A program made the position numbers and the translations under genes. From positions 96,001 to 160,000 of the forward strand of contig CBDHEC010000051.1 in assembly GCA_965261975.1 (NCBI GenBank): a DNA stretch of 64,000 nucleotides, read 5' to 3'. Below are positions 41,192 through 50,915 of this stretch, piece by piece; the first letter of the stretch is position 1; each line of letters opens with the position of its first letter. A model generated the notes under the pieces. The model saw nothing but the letters and a program-made list of their open reading frames with translations. It searched no databases and was not told the origin of the DNA. The stretch is from Alphaproteobacteria bacterium (GTDB taxonomy: Bacteria; Pseudomonadota; Alphaproteobacteria; UBA6615).

Positions 41192-41318
41192 GGATCAGGA
41201 CATAGCGAGCCCGGGTGGTGAAGGCAATTGCACGTTGTGTACATCAAACGCTTCGTGAATTGACGCGGCGCAGGCCCGGTGCGACGGTTTGGCCGAAATC
41301 CACGAACAGGAGGCTCCG

Positions 41319-42128
41319 ATGCGTTATTTCGGTCTGATCGCTGCATTTGCGATTCCCTTGCTTGCCGGTTCCATATTTTCGTCTTCGGCGCAGGCCGAGC
41401 CCCAGATGCTCGGGGTGGTGCAGACCGCCTCGGCCGTTCCCCTGCATTGCGCCAACGGCAACTGCACGGCCGAACTCTCTTCCATTTGTCTCCATGAACA
41501 GCGCGCAACGCCCACATCGGGCTATCCCTATACCGCGCACAACAGCGACGCGATCACCGTCACCGGAACTCGCGCCGACGGTTCGACTGTTTCCCTGCAG
41601 GCCGCCGAGGTCGTCAAATTCGCAGCCTCCCGTGGCTTTCACACGGTACGCGTCGATGTTCCCGACGCAGTCCGACTGGCGCATGGGCTGACATCCCTCG
41701 TGGTGAAGGTCGAAGCGCCGCTGACACTCATCCCCGGCAAGACAAGTTTCGACAGTGACGACCCGCTGACGGACGCGGATATCGCCCTCGGCTCGGGACC
41801 GATGCGCGCCACGGCCGCCGCCATTGTCGACCGTAACACCGACACCATGCATGCGGGCCAGATCCTCGCGCGGATGATTGATGCGTTACCGCGCCATGGC
41901 CGCGCCGCCACCGATGCCCGCGCCGGGCTCTGGGACAATGCCGCCGTGAGCCATGTCCCCAGCCACTCGAAAACCGGCGTCCACAAGGCGCGTACAGCCT
42001 ATAACCGGTGTTATCGCCAGACCCGGATCGGCGACAAGAATCTCCGCGGATGCCTGGCCGAGGCCCATGATGGCCTGATCCTCGACCTCAACGAAACCTA
42101 TTGGGATGCGGTAAAAGCCGGCAGCTGA
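41319..42128 (+). CDS. Hypothetical secreted Cys-containing protein
   Basis: AGGAGG RBS, signal peptide ending AQA, HCANGNCTAELSSICL and RC...GCL motifs. Confidence 0.7.
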   Translation: MRYFGLIAAFAIPLLAGSIFSSSAQAEPQMLGVVQTASAVPLHCANGNCTAELSSICLHEQRATPTSGYPYTAHNSDAITVTGTRADGSTVSLQAAEVVKFAASRGFHTVRVDVPDAVRLAHGLTSLVVKVEAPLTLIPGKTSFDSDDPLTDADIALGSGPMRATAAAIVDRNTDTMHAGQILARMIDALPRHGRAATDARAGLWDNAAVSHVPSHSKTGVHKARTAYNRCYRQTRIGDKNLRGCLAEAHDGLILDLNETYWDAVKAGS

Positions 42129-42153
42129 ACCTCACAAACACAGGTCTATTCAC

Positions 42154-43218
42154 ATGAAGTTCGGATTGTTCATGCTGCCCTGCTTTCGCGAGGGCGTCGC
42201 GCCGTCGCTGGCCGATTTTTACAACGAGATGTCGGAACTGGTGGCCGTGGCCGACAAGACCGGCTGGGACCGGGTCTGGATATCCGAGCATCATTTCCAC
42301 TACTACGGCGGCGCATCGCCGAACCCGGCCGTCCAGCTTTCGGCCTGGGCACGCGAGACAAAAAACATTCGTCTCGGCCCGGCGATCTCTCTCACGCCGC
42401 TGCGTAACCCGCTGCACATCGCGGAAGACTATGCCGTGGTCGACCAGCTGTCGGGCGGGCGGCTCGATTTCGGCATCGGGCGCGGATATCTGCCCCACGA
42501 GTTCGCCGGTCACAACCTCGACCCCAATGCGGTCAGCGGCATGCGCGAGGAGGGGTTCGAAATCATCCGCCGGGCATGGTCGGGGGAAACCTTCGCCCAT
42601 GACGGCGATCACTACAGTTTTCCGAAGCTGAGGCTCCACCCGCTGCCCCTGCAGGACGAAGTGCCAATCTGGGTCGGCGCCTCGCGCACCCGCGACAGCT
42701 TCGACTGGGCCGGGCGCGAGGGCTTCAGGATCATGATGAACCAGTACCCGATGACGCCGGAGGAGGCCCACGAACGTTTCGGCTGGTATCTCGAAGCCCG
42801 CGAGGACGCCGGACATCCGGAGGGCAGCCACGAGGCCATGATGTCGGTTTTCCTGCACATCGCAGACACCGAGGAACAGGCCATCGACGAGGCGAAACGC
42901 GCCGTCCAGGAGCATGCCAACCTGTTCCGGCTGCTATTCTCGGGCGACCAGTGGAACGAGGACTATGCGGGCGACGAAAGCGTCTTCGACTTCCTCGCGC
43001 CCGATGGCGACCTGCCGCGCATGTTCCGCGAGCGCACCTGCATCGGCACGCCCGAGCAGGTGATCGAACGGATTTCCCGCTACCGCGACTGGGGCTTCAC
43101 GGAGATGAGCTTCATCGTGCGCACGGGCGAGATCGGCCAGGAACAGGCGTTACGCACCATGGACCGGTTCAATAACGAGGTGGCGCCGGCGTTTCGGGAT
43201 AAGCAGGCGGCGGAGTAG
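42154..43218 (+). CDS. LLM-class (luciferase-like) flavin-dependent monooxygenase
   Basis: MKFGLF, WISEHHF, LSGGRLDFGIGRGY, PIWVG, IGTPEQV. Confidence 0.9.
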   Translation: MKFGLFMLPCFREGVAPSLADFYNEMSELVAVADKTGWDRVWISEHHFHYYGGASPNPAVQLSAWARETKNIRLGPAISLTPLRNPLHIAEDYAVVDQLSGGRLDFGIGRGYLPHEFAGHNLDPNAVSGMREEGFEIIRRAWSGETFAHDGDHYSFPKLRLHPLPLQDEVPIWVGASRTRDSFDWAGREGFRIMMNQYPMTPEEAHERFGWYLEAREDAGHPEGSHEAMMSVFLHIADTEEQAIDEAKRAVQEHANLFRLLFSGDQWNEDYAGDESVFDFLAPDGDLPRMFRERTCIGTPEQVIERISRYRDWGFTEMSFIVRTGEIGQEQALRTMDRFNNEVAPAFRDKQAAE

Positions 43219-43223
43219 GGCGC

Positions 43224-43511
43224 CTACATCCCGTCGACGAAGATCACTCGGTCGTTCGCCGCCTTCAGACGCAGTGGCAACACGGCCTGATACTCCGGCG
43301 AGTTGTACCAGGTGCGTGCCGCGTCCATGTCCGCGAACTCCAGGATCACGATCCGCTTGGACGCCCAGCCGCCCTCGACCATGTCGATGGTCGAGGAGGC
43401 GGCCAGGAGTTTCGCGCCATACTGCTGGAGTGTCGCAGGTACCTTTTCCAGATACTCGTCCATTGATGACGTATCGTGGATGTCGGCATCGAAGATCGCG
43501 TAGGCGGTCAT
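43224..43511 (-). CDS. DUF1330 domain protein (paralog 2)
   Basis: MTAY, YGAK, EGGW, VILEFADMDAARTWYNSPEYQ. Confidence 0.88.
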   Translation of the reverse strand: MTAYAIFDADIHDTSSMDEYLEKVPATLQQYGAKLLAASSTIDMVEGGWASKRIVILEFADMDAARTWYNSPEYQAVLPLRLKAANDRVIFVDGM

Positions 43512-43520
43512 GAAGGCCTC

Positions 43521-43805
43521 CTAGAGCCCCGGCAGGACAATCAGGCTGTCATTCGCGGCGCGCTGACGCAGCGGGATAATCTCCTGATATTCCGGCGAGT
43601 TGTACCAGCCCTTCGCCGCCGCTTCGTCGGCGAATTCGAGAATCACGACCCGTTGCGGGGCCCAGTCCCCCTCGAGGGTTTCGGGGCCGTTGTTGGCGAT
43701 CGGCTTGCCGCCATGGGCCTTCAGGGTGGCGCCGACTTTCTCGGCATAGGCCTTGAAGGCTTCGGGATCGTGAACGTTGGCATCGACGACGATGTATGCG
43801 GACAT
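43521..43805 (-). CDS. DUF1330 domain protein (paralog 1)
   Basis: MSAY, HGGK, LEGDW, VILEFADEAAAKGWYNSPEYQ. Confidence 0.88.
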   Translation of the reverse strand: MSAYIVVDANVHDPEAFKAYAEKVGATLKAHGGKPIANNGPETLEGDWAPQRVVILEFADEAAAKGWYNSPEYQEIIPLRQRAANDSLIVLPGL

Positions 43806-43994
43806 GGTTCAATCCTTGGGTTTGATGTTGAGTAAATAGAATATCGAGCAGTGTGGCTCGACGACAAGGCTGTAAGAGACCAAGCGTTGTGCGGCACCGG
43901 CACGTTTGAGTGAAGGTCAGTCTGCGGGTATCTCGAGCCGGGGACTCAGTGTTTACGGATTACGGAATAAATTCCGTCTCGCGAGCTCACAGGA

Positions 43995-44684
43995 TCACTC
44001 GATAACGGCGCGTGAAGTCGATGGTTTCTCGAGTTTTTTGAGTGCTTCTGGTTTACCCGCAAAAATGTCGACTTCGCGGAACTCCCCGGATGAAAAACGA
44101 AATTTGGTCAGTGCCTCACGAGCACGTGCAGATTCCAAGCTGTAGCGTTTTACAGCATCTCCGATCCAACGAGCCCCGAAAACGCCGTTCCTCATCTTTA
44201 AGTCGGCACGGAAAGACCCGATATAGAGCGTCTCACCTTCTCTCAGTACAAAGGTCGGCGTCAGGTCGTCGAGAATAGCGGTCGATTTGCCGTTCTCGGA
44301 CTTGCGCACCGCCTTAATGAAGTTCGTGACTTTCGTATCGCGCCCAAAACTTATCTGTTTATCAGCCGCATTCTCTATCACGGAACGCAGGAAGTATGTT
44401 CCGGGGTCGAGAGCCAAGACGAGCCATGTGGTGTCCGTGTCTCTGTCCAGATGGTAGGCCGAACTCCCACCGTCTTCGTCCTTACCGCCAATCCGGATCG
44501 ACATTCCATAGACGTTACTGGCGGGAACCTGCAGGAACGATTTTTCAGAGTCAGGCTGAAGTTGAATGCTGGCAATGACGACCGACTTTCCCTGCTTGGA
44601 AACTTGGTGGTCGATCGTTGGCGCACAGGCGGCGAGCAACAGAACGCCGAGAACGAGCAGGCGGGGAGAAAGCCGAATATTCAT
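43995..44684 (-). CDS. Hypothetical lipoprotein (paralog B)
   Basis: Lipobox LLAAC; LDPGTY and GETLYIG beta-sandwich-like motifs. Confidence 0.75.
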   Translation of the reverse strand: MNIRLSPRLLVLGVLLLAACAPTIDHQVSKQGKSVVIASIQLQPDSEKSFLQVPASNVYGMSIRIGGKDEDGGSSAYHLDRDTDTTWLVLALDPGTYFLRSVIENAADKQISFGRDTKVTNFIKAVRKSENGKSTAILDDLTPTFVLREGETLYIGSFRADLKMRNGVFGARWIGDAVKRYSLESARAREALTKFRFSSGEFREVDIFAGKPEALKKLEKPSTSRAVIE

Positions 44685-44740
44685 GGAACTATCCTAACCT
44701 TGTTGACCGTGAGCCAGTTCGCCGTTGATCACGAACAATT

Positions 44741-44785
44741 CCCTCGAAATCCGCCCGTTTCTTTGCCAGTGACGGCAGGTAGGGG
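44741..44785 (-). repeat. Degenerate direct copy of the uvrA 3' end plus the following RBS
   Basis: GCCAGTGACGGCAGGTAGGGG is identical at 44765-44785 and 45546-45566. CGCCCGTTTCTT is also shared across a 9-nt gap, and CCCTCG is shared at 44741 and 45513. Confidence 0.85.
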
Positions 44786-44834
44786 CCAACCGCCCACTAA
44801 GCCGAAGTTGTCTGCGCACCCACCCCAAATCGAC

Positions 44835-45503
44835 TCATTCGTCGATCGGAATGGTCGTTATCGCTCGCTCGTAAAGTGTACGTGCTTCTGCTCGCCCCGC
44901 AAAAACATCCACTTGCTTAAAGGTCGCGGGCGGCAGCGAGAGATTTTCCACCATGCGCTTCGCTTCGGTCGTCTGCAGAAGATAGCTCTTGCGCGCGTCC
45001 ACAAATTTTCTGCCGATCGGGTCGGCCTCTCGCCTCATAACGTCGGATCGGAATGTGCCAATGTAAACAATCTCGCCCGACCCTACCTCGTAAGTCAGCG
45101 GGCCTCCGGCCTTCGACAGGTCCGTGGTCCGTGTAGGAGGGCGCCCAAAAAGAACGGCTCCGTCGCGGGTTTCGACTTGGTCCCTAAAGCCGGTGATCGA
45201 GTAGGTTCCCGGTGCGAGGACGAAGGCCAACCACAATGTCTGATCATTGTCCGAGAGATCGAATGCTTTGCGGTTACCTTTGAAGGGCTGCTCGTCTTCA
45301 TCGAACATTGGGGAGAATCGGTGAAGTTTGTTTGCAGGAGCGAGCCAGATGCCCGGATCGTAGTCCCCCACCGTCTGAAGCGAGAGAAGAACGATCGATT
45401 TGCCTTCTTCCTTGATCGAATGTTCGAACGAGGCAGCGCAGCCCGCGAGAAAAAGTGCCAAACCAGCGGTCGCTGCGATTTTCGCAACCCATCTTCTCGT
45501 CAT
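44835..45503 (-). CDS. Hypothetical lipoprotein (paralog A)
   Basis: GAGGGAGA RBS right after the uvrA stop, lipobox FLAGC, LAPGTY and GEIVYIG motifs. Confidence 0.75.
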   Translation of the reverse strand: MTRRWVAKIAATAGLALFLAGCAASFEHSIKEEGKSIVLLSLQTVGDYDPGIWLAPANKLHRFSPMFDEDEQPFKGNRKAFDLSDNDQTLWLAFVLAPGTYSITGFRDQVETRDGAVLFGRPPTRTTDLSKAGGPLTYEVGSGEIVYIGTFRSDVMRREADPIGRKFVDARKSYLLQTTEAKRMVENLSLPPATFKQVDVFAGRAEARTLYERAITTIPIDE

Positions 45504-45520
45504 CGAATCTCTCCCTCGTC

Positions 45521-48379
45521 TCACGCCCGTTTCTTCGTTTTCTTCGCCAGTGACGGCAGGTAGGGGGCGAGGAAGTCGCCCGTGAAGCTGCGGTCGACCG
45601 CGCAGATGTCTTCCGGCGTGCCGGTGGCGACGATCTGGCCACCCTTGTCGCCGCCCTCGGGACCCAGATCGATGATCCAGTCGGCGGTCTTGATGACCTC
45701 CAGGTTATGCTCGATCACCACCACGGTGTTGCCCGTATCCACCAGCGCCTGGAGCACCTCCAGCAGCTTGCGGACATCGTGATAGTGCAGGCCGGTTGTC
45801 GGCTCGTCGAGGATATAGAGGGTCTTGCCCGTGGCCCGGCGTGACAGCTCCTTGGCGAGCTTCACCCGCTGGGCCTCGCCGCCCGACAGGGTGGTGGCGG
45901 CCTGGCCAATCTGGATGTAGCTGAGGCCCACCCGTTCCAACGTCTCGAGCTTGTCGCGGATCGACGGCACCGCCTTGAAGAACTCCCGGCCTTCCTCGAC
46001 CGTCATCTCGAGCACATCGGCGATGGACTTGTCGCGATACAGGATTTCCAGGGTCTCGCGGTTGTAGCGTTTGCCGTGGCACACGTCGCACTCGACATAG
46101 ACATCCGGCAGGAAGTGCATCTCGATCTTGAGGACGCCGTCGCCCTGGCAGGCCTCGCAGCGCCCGCCCTTGACGTTGAACGAGAAGCGACCGGGCTTGT
46201 AGCCGCGCGCCTTGGCCTCGGGCAGGCCGGTGAACCAGTCGCGGATCGGCGTGAAGGCGCCGGTATAGGTCGCGGGGTTGGAGCGCGGCGTGCGGCCGAT
46301 GGGCGACTGGTCGATGTCGATGACCTTGTCCAGGTGATCGAGGCCCTCGATGGCCGTGTGGGCCCCCGGGGCGGGGCGAGAGCCATAGATATGCCGCGCC
46401 GCGGCGTTGTAGAGCGTATCCAGCACCAGGGTGGACTTGCCCGAGCCGGACACGCCTGTGACGCAGGTGAACGTCCCCAGCGGGATCTCCGCCGTCACGT
46501 CCTGCAGGTTGTTCGACGACGCGCCGATGACCTTCAGGACCTGGCCCTTCTTGCCGGGCCGGCGTTCGGCCGGGACCGGGACCTGCTCGATGCCGGTCAG
46601 GTATTTGGCGGTCAGGCTCTTATTGACCTGCTGCATGACCTTCTTCGGCGTGCCGTGGGCGACCACTTCGCCGCCATGCACGCCCGCGCCGGGGCCCATA
46701 TCCACCAGATAGTCCGCCGTGCGGATCGCATCCTCGTCATGCTCGACCACGACCACGGTGTTGCCGAGATCGCGCAGGCGCTTGAGGGTCTCGAGCAGGC
46801 GCGCATTGTCGCGCTGATGCAGGCCGATCGACGGTTCGTCGAGGACGTAGAGAACCCCGGTCAGGCCGGAGCCGATCTGGGAGGCGAGGCGGATGCGCTG
46901 GCTCTCGCCGCCGGACAAGGTGCCCGACTTGCGGTCGAGGGTCAGATATTCGAGCCCGACATCGTTGAGGAAGCCCAGGCGTTCGTTGATTTCGCGCAGG
47001 ATCCGGTCGGCGATCTCGCGTTGTTTGGTGGTCAGGTGATTCTCGAGGTCCAGAAACCACTCGCCGGCCGCGGCGATAGACATCTTCGTCGTCTCGCTCA
47101 CATGCTTGCCGTTGATCCGCACGGCCAGCGCCTCCGGCTTGAGCCTTGCCCCTTCGCAGGTCTCGCAAACGGATGTCACCTGGTACTTGCCGATCTCCTC
47201 GCGCGCCCAGCTGCTCTCGGTCTCGCGGTAGCGGCGTTCCAGGTTCATCACCACGCCCTCGAAGGGCTTCTTGGTCTCGTAGGTGCGCAACCCGTCGTCG
47301 TATTTCATGGTGATCGAGGTCTTGCCCGAGCCGAACAGCACGGCGCTCTGCACCTTGTCGGGCAGTTCCGACCAGGCATCGCTCGCCGAGACCTTGTAGT
47401 GGCGGGCAATCGCATCCAGGGTCTGGGCGTAGTAGGGGCTGGATGAGTTGGACCAGGGCGCAATCGCCCCGTCACGCAGGCTCTTAGTCTTATCGGGCAC
47501 GACCAGATCAGGGTCGACCACCACCTTGGTGCCGAGGCCATCACAGGCCGGACAAGCGCCGAAGGGGTTGTTGAACGAGAACAGCCGCGGCTCGATCTCC
47601 TCGATCGTGAAGCCGGACACGGGGCAGGCGAATTTGGACGAGAAGATTGTCTGTTCGCCGGTGTCGGCGTTTTCGGCAAATACGAGGCCATCGGCCAATT
47701 CCAGGCCGGTCTCGATGGAATCCGCCAGACGGGTCTCGATGCCTTCACGGACCACAATGCGGTCCACCACCACGGCGATATCGTGCTTGAAATTCTTGTC
47801 GAGCGACGGGGCGTCGGCGATCTCGTACATCTCGCCGTCGATCTTCACCCGCTGGAACCCGCGTTTCTGCAAGCTGGCGAGTTCCTTGCGGTATTCGCCC
47901 TTGCGTCCGCGCACGATGGGCGCGAGCAGATAAAGCCGCGTGCCTTCGTCCATCTCCAGCGTGCGGTCGACCATCTGGCTCACCGACTGAGCCTCGATGG
48001 GCAGTCCTGTTTTGGGAGAGTAGGGGATGCCGACCCGGGCATAGAGTAGACGCAGATAGTCGTAGATCTCGGTGACGGTGCCCACGGTCGAGCGCGGATT
48101 ACGGCTAGTGGTCTTCTGCTCGATGGAAATCGCCGGCGACAGGCCCTCGATCGAGTCCACATCCGGCTTCTGCATTAACTCCAGGAACTGGCGCGCGTAG
48201 GCCGACAGGCTTTCCACGTAACGGCGCTGGCCCTCGGCATAGATCGTGTCGAAGGCGAGGGACGACTTGCCCGAACCCGACAGCCCGGTGATCACCACCA
48301 GGGAATCCCGCGGCAGGGAGACATCGACGTTACGCAAATTATGTTCGCGGGCGCCGCGGACAACGATTTTCTTCTGCAT
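45521..48379 (-). CDS. uvrA: Excinuclease ABC subunit A
   Basis: [16 protein letters not shown], zinc fingers, two LSGGE signatures, GVSGSGKST. Confidence 0.98.
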   Translation of the reverse strand: MQKKIVVRGAREHNLRNVDVSLPRDSLVVITGLSGSGKSSLAFDTIYAEGQRRYVESLSAYARQFLELMQKPDVDSIEGLSPAISIEQKTTSRNPRSTVGTVTEIYDYLRLLYARVGIPYSPKTGLPIEAQSVSQMVDRTLEMDEGTRLYLLAPIVRGRKGEYRKELASLQKRGFQRVKIDGEMYEIADAPSLDKNFKHDIAVVVDRIVVREGIETRLADSIETGLELADGLVFAENADTGEQTIFSSKFACPVSGFTIEEIEPRLFSFNNPFGACPACDGLGTKVVVDPDLVVPDKTKSLRDGAIAPWSNSSSPYYAQTLDAIARHYKVSASDAWSELPDKVQSAVLFGSGKTSITMKYDDGLRTYETKKPFEGVVMNLERRYRETESSWAREEIGKYQVTSVCETCEGARLKPEALAVRINGKHVSETTKMSIAAAGEWFLDLENHLTTKQREIADRILREINERLGFLNDVGLEYLTLDRKSGTLSGGESQRIRLASQIGSGLTGVLYVLDEPSIGLHQRDNARLLETLKRLRDLGNTVVVVEHDEDAIRTADYLVDMGPGAGVHGGEVVAHGTPKKVMQQVNKSLTAKYLTGIEQVPVPAERRPGKKGQVLKVIGASSNNLQDVTAEIPLGTFTCVTGVSGSGKSTLVLDTLYNAAARHIYGSRPAPGAHTAIEGLDHLDKVIDIDQSPIGRTPRSNPATYTGAFTPIRDWFTGLPEAKARGYKPGRFSFNVKGGRCEACQGDGVLKIEMHFLPDVYVECDVCHGKRYNRETLEILYRDKSIADVLEMTVEEGREFFKAVPSIRDKLETLERVGLSYIQIGQAATTLSGGEAQRVKLAKELSRRATGKTLYILDEPTTGLHYHDVRKLLEVLQALVDTGNTVVVIEHNLEVIKTADWIIDLGPEGGDKGGQIVATGTPEDICAVDRSFTGDFLAPYLPSLAKKTKKRA

Positions 48380-48480
48380 TTGTGCCTTACGGGCGAGGGT
48401 TCAGGACCAAATTCAGCCGTTCCGAAGCTGGTTTCGAATATGGCGCGGTGGGGATCAAAAGACCAGTGGACACGCGTTGG

Positions 48481-48509
48481 TTGACATGAGAACAAAACAT
48501 GAATATCAT
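48481..48509 (+). promoter_or_regulatory. sigma70 promoter of ssb with an alphaproteobacterial LexA (SOS) box in the spacer
   Basis: TTGACA-N17-TATCAT. GAAC-AAAACAT-GAAT at 48490-48504 matches GAAC-N7-GAAC with one mismatch. Lies between divergent uvrA and ssb. Confidence 0.8.
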
Positions 48510-48641
48510 GGGGATAAGTCACCGTCCAGACCGCTTGTGGGGCAACGGGCCCCATGCCAGTGTGAGCGTGGATTTGCGCCCCGAGTCGCAGCCTTTTCGA
48601 GGCGCATGATGATCGATTCCCAAGTCTAGGAGACACACCCC

Positions 48642-49118
48642 ATGTCAGGCAGCGTCAACAAAGTCATTCTCGTCGGAAATCTGGGTCGTGACCCGGAAGT
48701 TCGCTCCATGCAGTCGGGCGACAAGGTGTGCAACCTGTCCGTCGCCACATCCGAACGCTGGAAAGACCGTAATTCCGGCGAAATGCAGGAGAAGACCGAG
48801 TGGCATCGGGTGGTGATGTTCGACCAGAAACTGGTCGAGGTCGCCGAGAGGTACCTCCAGAAGGGTGCCAAGGTTTTCCTGGAGGGTCAGCTCCAGACCC
48901 GCAAATGGACAGATCAGTCCGGCCAGGAGAAATACACGACGGAAGTTGTCCTCCAGCGCTTTCGTGGTGAGATGGTCATGCTCGACAGCCGTGGCGGCGG
49001 CCAGGGTGGGGGCGGATACGATGCACCGCCGCCACACGAACAGCAGCCTGCGATGGCCGCAGGTGGCGGTGGCGGCATGGGCGGCGGCGACGATCTGGAC
49101 GACGAAATTCCGTTCTAG
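48642..49118 (+). CDS. ssb: Single-stranded DNA-binding protein
   Basis: [24 protein letters not shown]-terminal DDEIPF. Confidence 0.97.
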   Translation: MSGSVNKVILVGNLGRDPEVRSMQSGDKVCNLSVATSERWKDRNSGEMQEKTEWHRVVMFDQKLVEVAERYLQKGAKVFLEGQLQTRKWTDQSGQEKYTTEVVLQRFRGEMVMLDSRGGGQGGGGYDAPPPHEQQPAMAAGGGGGMGGGDDLDDEIPF

Positions 49119-49270
49119 ACGACAGTTCCGCGGTATTTATTTCGAATTCCAACCCCTTGGAATCTATCCGATATATCGTACCGCCATACTGGTGTAGGTG
49201 GAAAAAGCCCGGAAAAGTGCCACATACTGGCGTAACGTAGATCTCAGTTTGCAGGATTGAGGGGCATTTC

Positions 49271-50278
49271 ATGGAAGCGTTTCTACCGAGCGGATTTCTC
49301 ACATTCGTCATCGCGGTCGTCATCCTGGCGGCCGTTATCATCAAGTCCGGTGTCAAGCAGGTGCCGCAGGCCCAGGAATGGACCGTGGAGCGGTTTGGGC
49401 GCTACACCCGCACACTTTCACCCGGCCTGCATCTGATCGTTCCCTTCGTCGACCGGATCGGCTTCAAACTGTCCCTGCGCGAAACCGTGCTGGATATCCC
49501 GTCCCAGGACGTGATTTCCTACGACAACGCGACGATTACGGCCGATGGCGTGGCGTTCTACCAGGTCGTGGATTCAGCCCGGGCCGCCTATGAGGTCAAC
49601 GATCTCGAACGCGCCATCACGAACCTGTCGATGACGAATATCCGTACCGTGATCGGTTCCATGAGCCTTGATGACGTGCTGTCCAAGCGCGACGACATCA
49701 ACGAGCGCCTGTTGCGGGTCATTGATTCCGCCACCAACCCCTGGGGCATCAAGGTGACCCGGGTCGAAATCAAGGACCTCACACCACCGGTGGACCTTGT
49801 CGAGGCCATGGGCGGCCAGATGAAGGCGGAACGCGAGAAACGCGCGGAAGTCCTGACGGCGGAAGGCGAGAAACAGGCCGCGATCCTGCGCGCCGAGGGC
49901 CTGAAACAGTCAACAATCCTGGAAGCCGAAGGGCGTCGTGAAGCCGCCTACCGTGACGCCGAGGCCCGCGAACGCGAGGCACAGGCCGAAGCGAGCGCCA
50001 CAGAGGCCGTCTCGACGGCCATCGCGGCCGGCGACATGCAGGCGGTCAACTACTTCGTCGCCCAGAAATACGTCGAGGCGATCGGGCAGTTGGCGTCCGC
50101 CCCCAACCAGCGCGTCGTGCTGTTCCCGATCGAGGCGTCAAACTTCATCGGCAGCCTCGGCGGCATCGCCGAGATTGCCAAGTCCGCGTTTGGCGGCGAC
50201 GATGTGGGCCCCGGCAGTGCCAATGGCGCGGGACGGGGCGGTTCCGTGCCCATGACCCCGCGTGGCGACGCAGACTAG
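49271..50278 (+). CDS. qmcA: SPFH/band 7 protein (QmcA-like)
   Basis: VERFGRY..TL.PGL, QDVIS.DNA, WGIKVTRVEIKD, QMKAEREKRA. Confidence 0.85.
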   Translation: MEAFLPSGFLTFVIAVVILAAVIIKSGVKQVPQAQEWTVERFGRYTRTLSPGLHLIVPFVDRIGFKLSLRETVLDIPSQDVISYDNATITADGVAFYQVVDSARAAYEVNDLERAITNLSMTNIRTVIGSMSLDDVLSKRDDINERLLRVIDSATNPWGIKVTRVEIKDLTPPVDLVEAMGGQMKAEREKRAEVLTAEGEKQAAILRAEGLKQSTILEAEGRREAAYRDAEAREREAQAEASATEAVSTAIAAGDMQAVNYFVAQKYVEAIGQLASAPNQRVVLFPIEASNFIGSLGGIAEIAKSAFGGDDVGPGSANGAGRGGSVPMTPRGDAD

Positions 50279-50292
50279 CCGGAGTATTTCGA

Positions 50293-50769
50293 ATGGACGA
50301 ATACGTCGCGTTCTTCTGGGACATCGAGTTCTGGCACTGGTGGGCCTTCGCCGTCGTGCTGATTTCGATTGAGGTTTTTGTCGCCTCCACGCTGTTGCTC
50401 TGGCCCGGCATATCCGCCGCTGTGCTCGGGTTCGTAGTGCTAGTTCGCCCCGATTTAGACTGGCGCTATCAGATGCTGTTATTCGCGGTCCTGGCCGTGG
50501 TCAGCACGGTGTTTTGGCTACGCTGGCTGCGCAAGCGTCCGATCAAGACCGATCACCCGAACCTGAACACCCGCGGGCGCAGCTATGTGGGCCGTCGTAT
50601 TACCCTGTCAGAGCCCCTCAGTGACGGCCGCGGGCGGGTCCAGATCGACGACACATGGTGGCAGGTGCGCGCTGACGGGCCACTCGACAAAGGTGTCGAG
50701 ATCGAGGTGACCGACACCGATGGTGCGACCTTGCTTGTCCAGGCATTCGACACCCCGAAAACCGCCTGA
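50293..50769 (+). CDS. NfeD family protein (YbbJ-like)
   Basis: N-terminal TMs, LNTRG..YVG, GRGRVQIDDTWW OB-fold; follows the SPFH gene. Confidence 0.88.
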   Translation: MDEYVAFFWDIEFWHWWAFAVVLISIEVFVASTLLLWPGISAAVLGFVVLVRPDLDWRYQMLLFAVLAVVSTVFWLRWLRKRPIKTDHPNLNTRGRSYVGRRITLSEPLSDGRGRVQIDDTWWQVRADGPLDKGVEIEVTDTDGATLLVQAFDTPKTA

Positions 50770-50915
50770 TTCAGCGCATTTTCACGATCGCGACACGGGT
50801 CGCGTTTCCTTGCCCGAATCCGCTGTTTCGGGTAGTCTCTGACGATGAAAATGCACCCGATTCGGCACCTTCGAAATCACTTGAATTTCGCGCCGTACAG
50901 CGTTGATAAAAAACG

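Noticed and set aside
44451-45563. 370-aa plus-strand ORF
   Set aside because: Lies opposite two lipoprotein paralogs that share motifs with each other; it has no recognisable features of its own.
46076-47446. 456-aa plus-strand ORF
   Set aside because: Antisense shadow of uvrA.
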